64,000 nt of DNA from Phoronis australis. Its lineage: Eukaryota > Animalia > Phoronida. The notes beneath the pieces are model-generated. The model searched no databases and had not been told where the DNA came from. It worked only from the letters and a program-made list of their open reading frames with translations. The stretch lies in contig NMRA01000067.1 in assembly GCA_002633005.1 (NCBI GenBank), positions 558,010 to 622,009 on the forward strand, given 5' to 3'. The position numbers were made by a program, and so were the translations under genes. Positions 1-13,690 of the stretch are shown here, piece after piece; within the stretch, counting starts at the first letter, position 1, and each line of letters starts with the position of its first letter.

Positions 1-961
1 ATTTTCATGCTGGCTGGTTAGAAATTGTCAATAATCCGGACCTTAGAGAAATACCGTAAAGAGAATGTGATTGCGCGACCTACATGTACTTTTCGTTAAT
101 ATTGATCCATGGCAATCATCAAGAAATTTTGTTTGTCAATCCGTGCATAAATCAATGATCCTGGGGAGTAACTTGACAAAAACTCGTCTGAGATTCAAAC
201 CGTCACCCCAACATTGAGAAAATGACCACAAGTTCGTCAGCGCGAAGTCATTCAACTGATAAACACGGCCGGGTAACTGGGCTTGTAGAGGCTCAACCTG
301 AAGCAAGACTCCAAGTGGTAAAGTTTATTCATAGTTGTTTTAAATTTAAAACGTTGAGAGGTGGATACGCGAAATTAGTGAGGGATTCCTCTAGAACCAC
401 ACACAGGACGCGTGAGTTGGTTGTTCCCGCTACGTCAGTCGGGCAGTGGCTAAAGCTTGTGGTAGTTTTAAAAAACGAGTTGATGCTCGTTTTCAAAAAA
501 ATCCACCTGAGACTAGCAAAAATGATGCGGAATTTGTTTTTTCGCTCACTGATTAACAAACTGTGGCACTTCAAACCTTTCTTAACCTTACTCTGGTGCC
601 TTTGTGCAGCTTTTCAAAAAAAAAACACCAGACTTTGGCTGAAATTAAGCGGGCAGGACTTTTTTAGTCGGTGAGTGCATGTCTTCATTTCCGTCGGGGT
701 AAACACAAGAACCAGTCATGTTTTTGGTCTAATTAGCCTTCTGTGAAGGCCTTCAAGGGTCTCATCTGTGTGGTTTAATCAGTCTTCCCCAAGCCTTACT
801 CCCTATCAGAAAGTGATGTTCTAACACTTTAAGGCCTTATTCAGAAGATTTGAAAGATCTGGAATAAAAATAACGAATCTCATCCACCGTCGTGTCATTA
901 ATGGAATTTAAGAAAAGGTGTTTCTCGGTTACCCATACATCAGAAAATGGTTAGTTCATAC

Positions 962-3900
962 TTGTATGATTCTGAGTTTTCAAAGGTCTTCTGCCACAGA
1001 ATCTTATATGTTGCTCCGTCGACAGCGAACAAAGATGAATTGAACAGTGGTATAACGATGTCTTCTACTCCGTCTTGGTTCAAGTCCACCAAGACGGGGG
1101 GCGTCATTACGCCTTTGGTGTCGTCGTGCAGGATCTCGGTAGACTACAAATAAAGAAGTATGCAAATCAGCCGGCGAAAAAATTGCATAAAGCGAATGCA
1201 GAGTTTTGAAACCGAGCTATTACAAGAATGCGTCTAGACGTATTTAGTGATTATTCTGTATGGGAACGTGTAATTAGATTTCCAATAGCTAACATACTGA
1301 ACATTTTGATATCGTTCAATTTTACAGTTGCGAGTAGTTTGGAATAATGGACCAAACATAAATAAATACGACATTCATTTTTGTCTGCATGGAAAAACGA
1401 AAATAGTGCAACTCTACCTCATACCTTCTGGATCTTACCGCTGTACAGATCACTCAAAGATATGGTCCACAAAGATCCGCCGTGAGTCTCTCCTCCGGTC
1501 CCAAACAAAACCATCTCGTGTCCATCCGCCAACCGGACTATTTGCGGGGAGTAGTAGGACTCCTTTCTGTCCGGTACTATTACGTCTTGTAAAACAGTAC
1601 CGTCCTTTCCGCTCAGTATTTTGATGCGCCCTGGGAGTTTCACTGGCTCACCTAAGGCGAAATTTAACCAGGCGTCAGTTTTGGCATAAGCAATGTGTTG
1701 AATATGAATTAAGAATGTTGGGTTGCATTCGTACTGAACAATCTTAATTGACAGTTTGAATTAGTTAAGCGTTTTATTTCATTACATTTTTACTTTTATG
1801 AAACAAAATTGCGAGGTAAGTTAGGTAGTAGGTTGGTTGCTCGGTAGGTAACTAAGTAGATCAGAGGTAAGCCTACCTAGGTGGACTGGTAGGAAAGTTG
1901 TCTGCTATGTAGGTTTAGATGTTAGGCAGGTAGGCTTATATAGGATATTTATTTGTCCTTTATTCATATGACATGAAACATTCTAAACATGCAATTTCTA
2001 AACCACTAAATATAAACGTTATAACATATTCCCACAATTTATGAATACAGCCCAGTTAACCAAGGGCTTTAGTCACCTTTTTCCCTCATGGGGTCACCGC
2101 CATGAACTGTTAAGACGTCCAAGACATTATCGCCGTTCATATCTCTTGTGAACTGGGCCGTGTAAAAATTCATGTATACGTTTGTTTTATCAGTTTCTCG
2201 AAATGACCACAGCGCCTTTCCATTCGTACCACTAACCAACTCCAGCACCTGTTTCAAGGCAAAGAAGTGCATGTTATTGTCCGCGCGGATAAGTGATTAT
2301 TAGTTTAAACTTGAAAAGAAGGAGATAGACTTCATAAATTTTTGGTACGATCGCCATATTAACAAAATGGTTAAGACATGTTTAAGTCATCATTTGTTTC
2401 ACCTTGAAAAAGTCAAAAAAGCCTTAATAAATGTTTGTTACCATTGCTAAATTTTCATGGAAGACATTTTTTATTCTCTGACAACGGTCTTCCAGTTCAG
2501 CCAATATAGACGCTATTAAAAGTGAGACAGTCCGTGGAGAGATACTACCTACATACTACTGTACGTGTATATATCATGTAGCTCCGTCTACAGTGATATT
2601 CAAGTCCCAGGGGTGCATTTATTTCACTATTTAAGTTGATGTAACATAATTTCCGTTTGAAAACTGCATCAGTAGGCATTTCTTTCATGGTTGATTGTGT
2701 TTACTTAAATAACCATTTGCCAAGGTAAGTGTGCGCTGTCATTGAAAAGGTGTGTTGCCATGGAGACTGTAAACTCACCTATTCGTCATGAGAATACTAA
2801 CCAACTAGACGCTAATAAAATTTACTTTGGTGAAAACTTTCGTGCAAAAATTTCCCGTAATAACGACAATTAATGAATACTTAATTCAGTTGTCTGAAAC
2901 TGTAAGAGAGTTGTTTTAAAGGAAAGAAACATGAATTAATGGCTGGCGTGTTGATATTACTGTCTGCAATCAAACATCGCTTACACCTCCGCGTCCACCA
3001 GATAGGCAGTCAGGCACATCGTCACTATTTAAATCTTCGTTACAGTTTACACCGAACACTTCATGCTTTGTAAAGTGCCGCCATATTTCTTTCCCGGTCT
3101 TGCCGTCTAACGCTATCATTCCTCCTCCACACGGCTTAGATCCTTGAAAGTAGAGATCGCAGACGATCTCGGGCATGTTGACGCCATCAGCACCTAAGCA
3201 AATGAAGGATTTATTGTCAACGTAATAACGGCTACGGTGACTCTACCCTCTGACAGCGCTACCTATACTGAAAAATGTCCCTGTGGAAACATGATGAGGG
3301 TGCACACTACAGTTAGAACAGGGTTTTGGCTGCCGACACACAACCAAGCAGAGACGAGTCCTTATCTCACGTCCTTATCAAGAGTCTGAAAAAACAAAAA
3401 GGTTTTTTGGCGTTCCCAACTCAAAAGCACCACTCATGATAACTGAAACTTAACTCTGCTACAGATTTTTAATCGGCTAATTCACATCGGGAAAAAATGC
3501 TGGCACACAAAAATAGGACCAAAAAACACCAAATTTGACCGTTTTCTCCCCAAAATTGCCACTTTCCTGCAAGTGCTAGAAAAAATTTGACAACAGATTC
3601 AGAATTCTCATTCTTTTTAGATTTTAAAAATGTGGTCATAATACGCCCCTTACCAGCTACGTTTTTCGCAGTTTTGGATCTGTCTGACAGCCACCTGAAA
3701 TCGCACCCGTTTTCTCAGTCAGCAGGCGACAGGGGTTGAAGGCAAGCAACAGCCACCATTTTGCAGGAAAAGTGGATCAAGGCTAAAAAATGGCTTTTCT
3801 CATTCAAAAATACGAGCAAATCACTTTCCTGACAATTTTTTCAACAAATTCCTAAGGCCTCCCGCCAAATTTGACACACGCCCTGTATTTAAATTCTAGG

Positions 3901-5628
3901 GACTAGAAAATGAAAATGCCCTGAGGCTACAGCCTAACTGTTCAGTGCCACCTGAGTGACACAGGGAATTCCGTGTGTGGGTATCAATGCGCATGCCTTG
4001 CTCGGAAGTATATTTATCACACCGCCACCACTTGTACACGCCTTTATGCACTGTACTTGACTGAGCAACTATTCAAGTCAAAGTTGGTCGCCATACTACG
4101 TAAGAGTAAACTGAAAGGTTTCCCAGATTTCAACCAATGGGAATGGCTGAATGTTATGGCGTCGGTTTCATTCAACGAGAAGCCATGTTAAACAACATTC
4201 CAGTGCTACCTTTCGTAGCACTGTGAAAGAGTGTACGGCGACTCCTCAACTGTACCCTTTATTGTAGGCGAGAAAGGTACTTAGTGAGGCAACCGCCGCG
4301 GCAGCAATCTAACGACGTGCTGTAGAAGTATTCCAAACTTTTAACTGGTACGTCACCGGCCTTGTTTTCATCGAATGTCTGCCAGTCGAGAAATGACGAT
4401 TAAAATCACTATTGAAACACAAAAAAATTGTTATTTAATATTTCTGGTCAAAGCTCATAACTGTATGAAGTCTATATCAATAATGATTCGCAAATTGCAT
4501 TTTTGGCTGTAAAACCGATAATATCCCTCCATAGTACCGCTTTCAGAGAGGAAGAGTCTGTTATATTTTCCGCATAGCGAAGGCGGACACGACTATTAAA
4601 CACAACTACGTGAAAGTTTGCTTGTGACGGTATTTTTGCTTGTAACGCCCATTACTGTTTTTATGGCAAAATTGGACTAAGTATCAAAACAACGTGGAAA
4701 AGGAAGCTTAACGCTTTTGTGGCAGCTTCCTGGTCACTTTTCAACCCCATTCACTTAATTTGTATTTTACGCAACATACCTCAAAAACAACAAACATTTT
4801 CTAAATGTCAGACACTTGGAACTCTTTTGAATATCTTCAGTGACCCTCAGCGCCATCTGAAGCACCATTACCTGTTCCAAAGCCAAATATAACATCCAGA
4901 GTTCCGTCCTTGTTGACGTCAACCAATCGGAACGACGACTCTGTGGTGAGCTTAGGGAATCCAATCGTCCATACACCCTCAGTTTCTATCTCTGAACACC
5001 CGATCACCGTTGACTGGGCGCGGGTGTTACCTTGGGTTTTAGACGTACTCTCCCCACTGAAGTTGGATGACCATCTTGGTAGTGTGTCTGAGAAATTACC
5101 AACTATCACATACCTTGACTCATCTGTTTTGATGAATGTTTCCAACAAATACACAACAAGGCACACGAATGCTGCGAGAGTTGCCACAAATATTACCATA
5201 TATATGGTCTTCCATACGCAATCTGGACGACAAAACGAGTTGCAACATTTCATAATCTTGTGATTTCCAAATCTTATTCGTCTCCTGCCGCGAGGTGGCA
5301 TTAGAGGCTTAGTTGCTTCTTCCCAGTCCTGTTTCCATTTCTTCCGAGGGTCAGCGATAAAGACTTCGTCCTCGCCTTCGATGTCACCCGAAGACAAAGA
5401 AACGTCACTGTCGTTGTCCCTATATTCATCAAAGCTTTCATTACCATAGCTATTAAAACTATTTCTATAGAGGCCATTTTGTTTGAAAGCTATGTCGTGT
5501 TTGCTGTTGTAATCGTCCGTCGATCTCCTGATATTTGTTTGGTAATTCTTCCGGCCATTTTCGTGTTTTCTGCAGTCGCCATCTTGGTTTTCCGTCGGAA
5601 GTTTCTGATATTTCATACCGGACAGCAT
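962..5628 (-). CDS. FAM234: FAM234/ITFG3-like type II membrane protein with FG-GAP/beta-propeller repeats (5' part; continues off left edge)
   Basis: Frame-consistent GT-AG exons 5628-4872, 3193-2985, 2248-2077, 1651-1425, 1143-962. Cytoplasmic N-terminus, one TM helix (TIYMVIFVATLAAFVCLVVYLL), then repeated DxNxDG motifs (DVNKDGTLDVIFGFGTGADG, DLNSDDVPD, DMNGDNVLD, DLNQDGVED) and ALDGKTGKEIW-type propeller motifs. The ORF-track start at 5655 is TTG; an acceptor at 5646-5647 implies an upstream non-coding exon (candidate donor near 5885). Confidence 0.85.
1812..1935. repeat. degenerate (TAGG)n low-complexity tract
   Basis: Many GTAGG/TAGG/TTAG units in a FAM234 intron. Confidence 0.5.
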
Positions 5629-6559
5629 ATTGGCGTCTTGATGATCTAAATACAAACAGAAATCAATACTTATTTAGTGAAGTCCTCGTTAACATTTACA
5701 CATATTCACAATTAAGACAACCAAACATCCAAAAGACATCGATTCTTTCTGGCGAGGAAGGTCCTTCGGGCACCTGTTCATAGACGAGAAATTACGAGTT
5801 CGTTTGGATGTAGATATTTATACATATATGCTTCGGGAAAAAAGCGAGGTATCGATTTTTAGTATTCAGCGTCGAAAGCATGTACCTTGTGTCGCGTTGA
5901 TACTAAAATTGTGTTCGTTAGTGAAACTATACTCTACATTCACTTGCTGATTTTCAATGATCAATGTAACGTACTTCGTGAAATTTCAAACGGATAGTTG
6001 TCGACAGTATGACTGAGAATACTGATATTATAAAAACGCACCGAAGTTATTAAAATGGCCTGCCAACCGGATTTGCGGTAAAATGTTACTCGATGCGGCA
6101 TCAGCAAAGAATTACGTTGACTGAAATAAGCGAATTTCTCAGTCGTTGAATAAAGAGAATACTAATAATTCCATCATAAATGAACCCGCCACTTTTCATT
6201 TATTACGCGTTCTCATTTATTTCGGCAGCGCTTGTGGGGCATCCCGTTTGGCATTAGTGTTCGATGTCCGTAAGAATGTAAGCACCCGTATGTTATCGGT
6301 CTCTCACAAGCACTCGGCAGAGGAAGCCAAGCAGTTAAGCTGGACATGTATACAATAAGATATATTCACATTGACCTAGACGTCTATTTTTGCTTGTTTT
6401 ATTTCCATTTAAGTGGACAGTAACGGTTTCTACATTATTCTTCACTAAGCTGCCCGCCACTGGCGTTTCAGTCTTCCTTACACGTCAGTGTTTGATTTGA
6501 TTCGTCGAAGGAACTCCCCCTGGAGTTAGTCAGTGTTATAGTAATGTGAAATACTTATG

Positions 6560-7100
6560 CGTTATTCTGGACAAATATGACCTGAGACTTTTTCAGAAAG
6601 TTGGCCTTGTTAAAAGATTAAGAAAGTTCATGGATAGTAATTCTCCGAATCTCTTGTACAGAGCCATAGTTTTGTCACTGTAAGAATATTGTGATGCTGT
6701 TTGAGGCTCTTGTAATAATGGTCTCAGAACCAGATTACAGAGTTGGCAGAAATCGGCGGCTCTTCTTCAGGTAAACCGATGCACTAGTATTGAAAGTGAG
6801 TACTCCATTTTGGGCTGATTCAAACTCAGGATGTGAGTAAAGATTATCACGTGCTTAGCAATATACCGGTACAGTTGTCTCCAAGGCATGACACCCGAGT
6901 ATCTTAAGAACAAAATTCAACCACTAAATCAGGTCCACAACAGATATACTAGGTCTAGTGGCGATGACAATCTCTACCTCCATAAAACCAGAGCGAACAT
7001 TCAATCTTCTACTCTGGTGTCGTGTTAAGGAACCATCTCGATTGCCAGAGCAAATCAATAGACATCTTTGAATCCAGATATCTGTGTAACGTTTAAATGT
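6560..7100 (+). mobile_element. 5'-truncated, decayed L2/CR1-group LINE (C-terminal part of RT ORF)
   Basis: Translation with stops and frameshifts: QKVGLVKRLRKFMDSNSPNLLYRAIVLSL*EYCDAV*GSCNNGLRTRLQSWQKSAA ... CLQGMTPEYLKNKIQPLNQVHNRYTRSSGDDNLYLHKP; matches the typical post-RT region of L2/CR1-group ORF2. Confidence 0.8.
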
Positions 7101-7690
7101 ATGGCCCTTCACTCTGTTGTTACAGCTTTGTTATTATTTTTATTATTTTATAGTTTATGTTATAGCTTTATTTTTTACCATTTTGTTCAAGTTCGTTAAA
7201 TTTCTACTATTTTCTTAATCGGAACTCTATGTGAGAACAGTATATATTTCACCGTGAATGAATTGCTCTCACGGCAATTAATTTTTAAGCCGGATCTGAG
7301 TTTGGCATTTAGACTCTGTGCGCATAATATTTTCCTTAGCAAAATCAAATCCGTTGACCCTGTGAGCATGCCAAACAGAAATGTGTTCTTATCGAGCGTA
7401 TGCATATGATCGTGAATCCAGGCAAAAGTATCAAAAAGAATAATAGAATCGTTAAGGAATCTTTAAAACTGGAATATGTTTAAAATTTATCCTTTTTGTC
7501 TTATGCATTCACTTGAACCATGTCACTACGTGAGGTGTTCACCAATCAAATTTGCTTTAGAAAAATACCCGGATGCTGATAGATAGTTTTTGCGTTCTCC
7601 GGAGGAAACGTACACGCTATGGCTTTGCTTTGATTCTGAGAAAATGAAATTCTTCTCCCACCAGGGTGAGCGTTGTGGTACAAAGATATA

Positions 7691-7736
7691 CATAGGCGGA
7701 TTTAGGGGGGAGCAGGGGGCCCGCGCCCCCCCCCCC
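7691..7736. mobile_element. MITE terminus CATAGGCGGATTTAGGGGG abutting assembly gap
   Basis: Same terminus at 35778 and 42402; GC-rich hairpin followed by N run. Confidence 0.65.
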
Positions 7737-8706
7737 NNNNNNNNNNNNNNNNNNNNNNNNNNNNNNNNNNNNNNNNNNNNNNNNNNNNNNNNNNNNNNNN
7801 NNNNNNNNNNNNNNNNNNNNNNNNNNNNNNNNNNNNNNNNNNNNNNNNNNNNNNNNNNNNNNNNNNNNNNNNNNNNNNNNNNNNNNNNNNNNNNNNNNNN
7901 NNNNNNNNNNNNNNNNNNNNNNNNNNNNNNNNNNNNNNNNNNNNNNNNNNNNNNNNNNNNNNNNNNNNNNNNNNNNNNNNNNNNNNNNNNNNNNNNNNNN
8001 NNNNNNNNNNNNNNNNNNNNNNNNNNNNNNNNNNNNNNNNNNNNNNNNNNNNNNNNNNNNNNNNNNNNNNNNNNNNNNNNNNNNNNNNNNNNNNNNNNNN
8101 NNNNNNNNNNNNNNNNNNNNNNNNNNNNNNNNNNNNNNNNNNNNNNNNNNNNNNNNNNNNNNNNNNNNNNNNNNNNNNNNNNNNNNNNNNNNNNNNNNNN
8201 NNNNNNNNNNNNNNNNNNNNNNNNNNNNNNNNNNNNNNNNNNNNNNNNNNNNNNNNNNNNNNNNNNNNNNNNNNNNNNNNNNNNNNNNNNNNNNNNNNNN
8301 NNNNNNNNNNNNNNNNNNNNNNNNNNNNNNNNNNNNNNNNNNNNNNNNNNNNNNNNNNNNNNNNNNNNNNNNNNNNNNNNNNNNNNNNNNNNNNNNNNNN
8401 NNNNNNNNNNNNNNNNNNNNNNNNNNNNNNNNNNNNNNNNNNNNNNNNNNNNNNNNNNNNNNNNNNNNNNNNNNNNNNNNNNNNNNNNNNNNNNNNNNNN
8501 NNNNNNNNNNNNNNNNNNNNNNNNNNNNNNNNNNNNNNNNNNNNNNNNNNNNNNNNNNNNNNNNNNNNNNNNNNNNNNNNNNNNNNNNNNNNNNNNNNNN
8601 NNNNNNNNNNNNNNNNNNNNNNNNNNNNNNNNNNNNNNNNNNNNNNNNNNNNNNNNNNNNNNNNNNNNNNNNNNNNNNNNNNNNNNNNNNNNNNNNNNNN
8701 NNNNNN
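7737..8706. other. assembly gap (N run)
   Basis: Continuous N bases. Confidence 1.
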
Positions 8707-9005
<299 letters not shown>

Positions 9006-12000
9006 AGCAAGGCCAGATTTACGTACTGCTTTAAGTTATTAAACACTTGGAAAAAAATTACCTGGCTATGGATCTGATCAATCTTAATCCTTCTCAACTC
9101 CTCAAGAGCATACAACGGTTGCAACCGTTGTCGGAGAACACCGATTAATCCAAACACATAATTTCGCAAAGAATTCAAGTGCTAAATTGCCGCCGTGGTT
9201 ACCTGAATCCAATAAATTCTAAAAAGTTTTAGTCCAAATAGTGTCATAACGGTGGTAGATACGTCATCAATAAACAACCAAATTGTACTTGTGTATTGTA
9301 TTATTGTATATTGTATATAATCCTGTCCACTGTCTTCAAAATGCACCTGAACACCGTGTACATGTACGGAACATATCGAAATATGGTTGATTGGTAATAC
9401 CTAATATCTTCACTTCCCTCGGTTTGAATGGACAAAGTTTATAAATTTGTGATTTTTAGTTGTAGTTATCGCGTAGCATGATACGATATGACCACCTGTA
9501 CAGTTAATTAGCTAGTGGACATTAAAATTCATTATTTATGCCTTCGTAAACAGTGAACAGTTTCAGCTCGAGTGACGTTTCTGATAAAACCTATTACTTC
9601 GCCTCTTACTGATGACTTGCTATTTGTTCTGCTATCTAAGACCTATCTTTCACGCAACCAATCGATCGATGAATCGAGTGATTTTCCTTAGCGAACGACG
9701 TCATTGCCAGACCTACCTGTACCAAAGTTAGGATAGCGTGAGTTCTCAGGGAGAGTCAGCTGCAGTGTCTTCACTCTATGGTTCGCAGAAACTCAGCGAC
9801 ACCGGAAGATAAACATTTATGTTAATTTGAAAATCGATAGCCCAAAGCAACAATAACGTGTATCCTTAAGTTTGTCTTCGTTAACTAAACTGTGTTGAAT
9901 ATTGGTGAGCAAGAAATCCAAGTTGGATATGTGTTCTTGTTTCCCGATGTTGTGTTTGTAGCAAACATCAGCAACAAAGCCCTTTGTGTGTGCCTTGCTA
10001 AAACACGCGCATCCTACGTTACAGAGTAAGATTTGCAAATAACAAAACATGAACAATTTTGAATTGTAATTGTTTCGTTTTAATTTTTAAAATTCATTTT
10101 GCCAGTTTGACACGTATTCACCAGTCAATTTGCTCTTACGCTCAACAACTTAGCTGCCTTAGTAACGCAAATATCTGCCATTGTACGAATATTGTAGTTC
10201 AGAATGCATAATTTAAGTACTTTTCATCAACGTTTTAATTTTTAATTAGGAAGCGTCATCTCCAACGCAGAGGTGATCTTGATTTTTCTAAACAATAGTT
10301 AATTAAACAACAATGGACGGTGGCCACTCGATTAGTTTGTAACCGTTCCATGGCGAATGTACACATTCACGCATCTTTCTTGCATTGTAAGCGCGTGTAT
10401 GCGACTAGTGATAGGCCATGCTGACCGTAGGTTCGTGGTTGTGATAACGACATCCATGATTTGCAAAAATGAAAAATCTACAAAAATACTGTTATCTAGA
10501 CCTGCACACGATTATCAAAGTAAAAATGATGTTTAGAATTTTTAAATTTCGACAACTACGCTTAAAAGCGTGAAATGAATTTGCTGAGACTGACCAACCG
10601 GGCCTGCGGTAACAATTTCCTTAGCCAAAGACACTCGTATCGCTACAGCCACTGTATTTCCAGGTCTTGCATGAGAATACGCTAAAAATGCAATATTTTT
10701 ATTCACCACTCAGGCGAGCACCAACCGAACGCATTCACACAACGGAGTACAAATTCTTAATAACTGAATAAAGATGTATATTACCGCTTTTTAAAAAATA
10801 GTATAAATTGTTACAATTTTCTTAACAAAATCCACAAAAGCTCATAGCAAAACGATGATTTACTCACCACCGCGCGGTTTGCCCGTGAAACTATACTTGC
10901 AATCGCCAGAACATAATGACACGCCAGGTACCAAGATGAACGTTGTAAGCGCAGTAGGCGACCGCTGTTCTTCACAACGTAAATGAACCTGATGTGCAGA
11001 TTCTGCGACTCACTTCCAGTAATTGAGGTTAATCCTAGAGGGAACTCGATTACGTTACGTTGTAGCCTCATTTTCGTTTCGTGTTAATCAATAGGTTGAA
11101 GATCTGCATTGAGAAGAAGATAGATTAGTTTCATGGGAAAGCTTGTAAATAAATGTTACTGAACCAGTGTCAATTTTTAAACATGAACTATCTTGTTGAA
11201 TTAATTGTATCTTCACCTGAGATCTATTACAGCTCGAGTGAGTTGTTTTCACTTAGCATATTGGCAATATTAGCCGATCTTGTACAATCGATTTTCTTGC
11301 AGGAATCGTGCAGATACTATAGAGGACTCGTGGTGTGACAGTGACAACAAGGAAACTGTTAGCAGACAGCGTTATAACATGGGAATGGGAATCAAGAACA
11401 CTATTTAATGGTGTTTCCTTCGATTAAAACAGTCAATAAATGTCGGATAGCATAATTACGCCGACGTCAGTAGCACCGGCGGAATTATGACCTCTGTCCG
11501 CTCATAACCAATCATAACGCATCCCACCGCTGAGCGAACATTTTCCTGCCAAAACTGGAATTGCCCTCGTGGCATCCAAAATACGCCAGTGAGCAGGGGT
11601 TTGCTAAAGTCTTCATTCTCGCTTATTGAGATAACGTGATCTTTATTAATCACGGAACCCGCGGGTAGAGTTCGATAATGCTAGGATCTCGCAAAAAGAC
11701 TTCGCGAGATTGCGCGAGATGTTACCGTGTGTGATTTTGGCTAGATTTTCTGGTCGCGACACAGCTACTGAACTCTATACTAGGGTCAATAGAATTATGA
11801 GACACTGTGACAAGTTCGAGGCCATTTCCCCAATAATGCATCACACACACTCAAACACACACGCGCGTGCGCACTCACCCTTTCACCAAAAACACGATTA
11901 CATAGCCTAACCCAAAATACCTTTACCATTTCTATTTCATTTAGGGATAAAAAACTAACAATCTTTAAAGAAATAAATCCTCTAATCATTAACAATGTTT

Positions 12001-12388
12001 TCAAATGTGAAATTAATTATTTACAAGGTTTCTGCTGTTGACTTTCTGTAAAAAACGTTTTTTAACTAAAACGAAGATGAAATTTAACAGTTCATTTGCT
12101 TTTCCAGTTTTGCCAAATATATCCGTTTTAATATTCACGCTCTTGCATGAATATAAAATTCAGCTATAATGTCTCAAAAAGATTAACAAAAGTACCTCCC
12201 AAAGTAAATGCTGTAAATATCCAGGTTTACTCTTACGAAAAATACATTGATCAGTTGGGTATAGATATCAATTCGCATTAACAAATTATTTGTTACTAAA
12301 ATTCTGTGTATAATTCTCATTTGGAACCAGATGAGTCTAACGTTTGAAGTACAGAAAACAGACTAGAGGCTTGGAAGCACAGTCACCA

Positions 12389-12470
12389 CAGTGGCGGATC
12401 TGGGATATCATAAGGGGGACCGACATTTTGTCTCGTAAACAATCGCGCAAAGCACGATTGTAAAGGCGCA
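12389..12470. mobile_element. MITE terminus (CAGTGGCGGATCT family)
   Basis: CAGTGGCGGATCTGGGATATCA...ACATTTTGTC...GCGCAAAGCACGATTGTA is homologous to the reverse complement of about 43321-43393; partner end not found. Confidence 0.7.
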
Positions 12471-13690
12471 AAGATTACATCGCACGTTTCTTTTTTAATT
12501 ATCTCGGGATCCCGAGATAATCAAAAAATGTCACCTTTGGGCCACCGTTAATCCACGATCGACTGTAAAGAATGGTTTTTAACCAAAGCTTCTCTTTAAA
12601 ACTGTTTTATAACAAGAAATTTCCGTTTTCGTCAGAATAAAGCTTTATAAAAACCGCGTAAAATTTTCATTCTTATTTGGGTGAAATGTTGGTTTTCCTC
12701 CTAACCAAACCTTTGCGTTATACGGTAAAGGAAGGGACAGAATCCTTGGCTCCAATGCTGAAGCAAACATTACTTGTCCTTTCAAAAGGTTCTCTATAGA
12801 TTGGGCTATTTTAAAGAAATGGTTTCCTCCACTGATCAACTTTTCCTTGTCTATTGGATTAAATTTCTATCCAGTCCGAATTATTATTTAAGAGTTGTTA
12901 ATCCATGTTGTTTCATAACCTTTGATAAAAGTAGCTAAATGAATCATGTTATGACCACAATTTTTATAATTCTGACCCCCCCCCCCCAACACACAATGCA
13001 ATATTAACTCCTCTCGTGGTCACGAATCCCTGTTCTCCACAAATTCCTCCAGTCGCCACATTTTTTACAGACCCCGGCAGGTCGCCATTAGAAATTTTGC
13101 TCAAGTTTTACAAGAAGGTGTGTCCCGCCTTAGGCAATAGCTAAGTTCGCTTGATAGACAATGCGCTCCTGGAGATTTCAGACACTCCGCACTAGTCCAA
13201 TTTGGCCCATCATATCATCGCTAATTTCGCAACTCTCACCTTTGTCGGTCGTAACGAAGCTTCCGCCCTCTCACGTGGCAAGATATTCCCCCCCCCGCGT
13301 ACTGTGACCTATTCGACAGTACCGAAGTGGGAAAACCATTTATCGTCCAATTCAGACATTAACGTCATAAATGTTTCTTTTAAGTTATTTTATTGTAAAT
13401 GCATTAATACAAAATGGTAACAAGGTAAGACCCGCCAGCGGGTCTTTTTCATTGCACATTCACTGTAACGAATTCAATACATCTTACTATCCTAATTTCG
13501 ATGCAGGCCTTCTAATCTTTGGCTGATCGAAGGCTTCGAAACTACAACTACTTTGCTCACTACAAACTTCAAATGGCAGCTTTTTTCTGTCAAAAAACAC
13601 AGCGAATGTCAGGAGGTGGCTGGTGTTGACAGCTTCAGTACTTCTGATATTGCTGGTACTCCACGGTCTATCAAACTAGTACACGGTGCC

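Noticed and set aside
222-674. 150-aa plus-strand ORF
   Set aside because: No recognisable domain; antisense within a FAM234 intron.
3279-3966. Possible old MITE in FAM234 intron (imperfect IRs around ACAGTTAG/CTAACTGT, inner CAGGG/CCCTG)
   Set aside because: IRs too degenerate and no TSD found.
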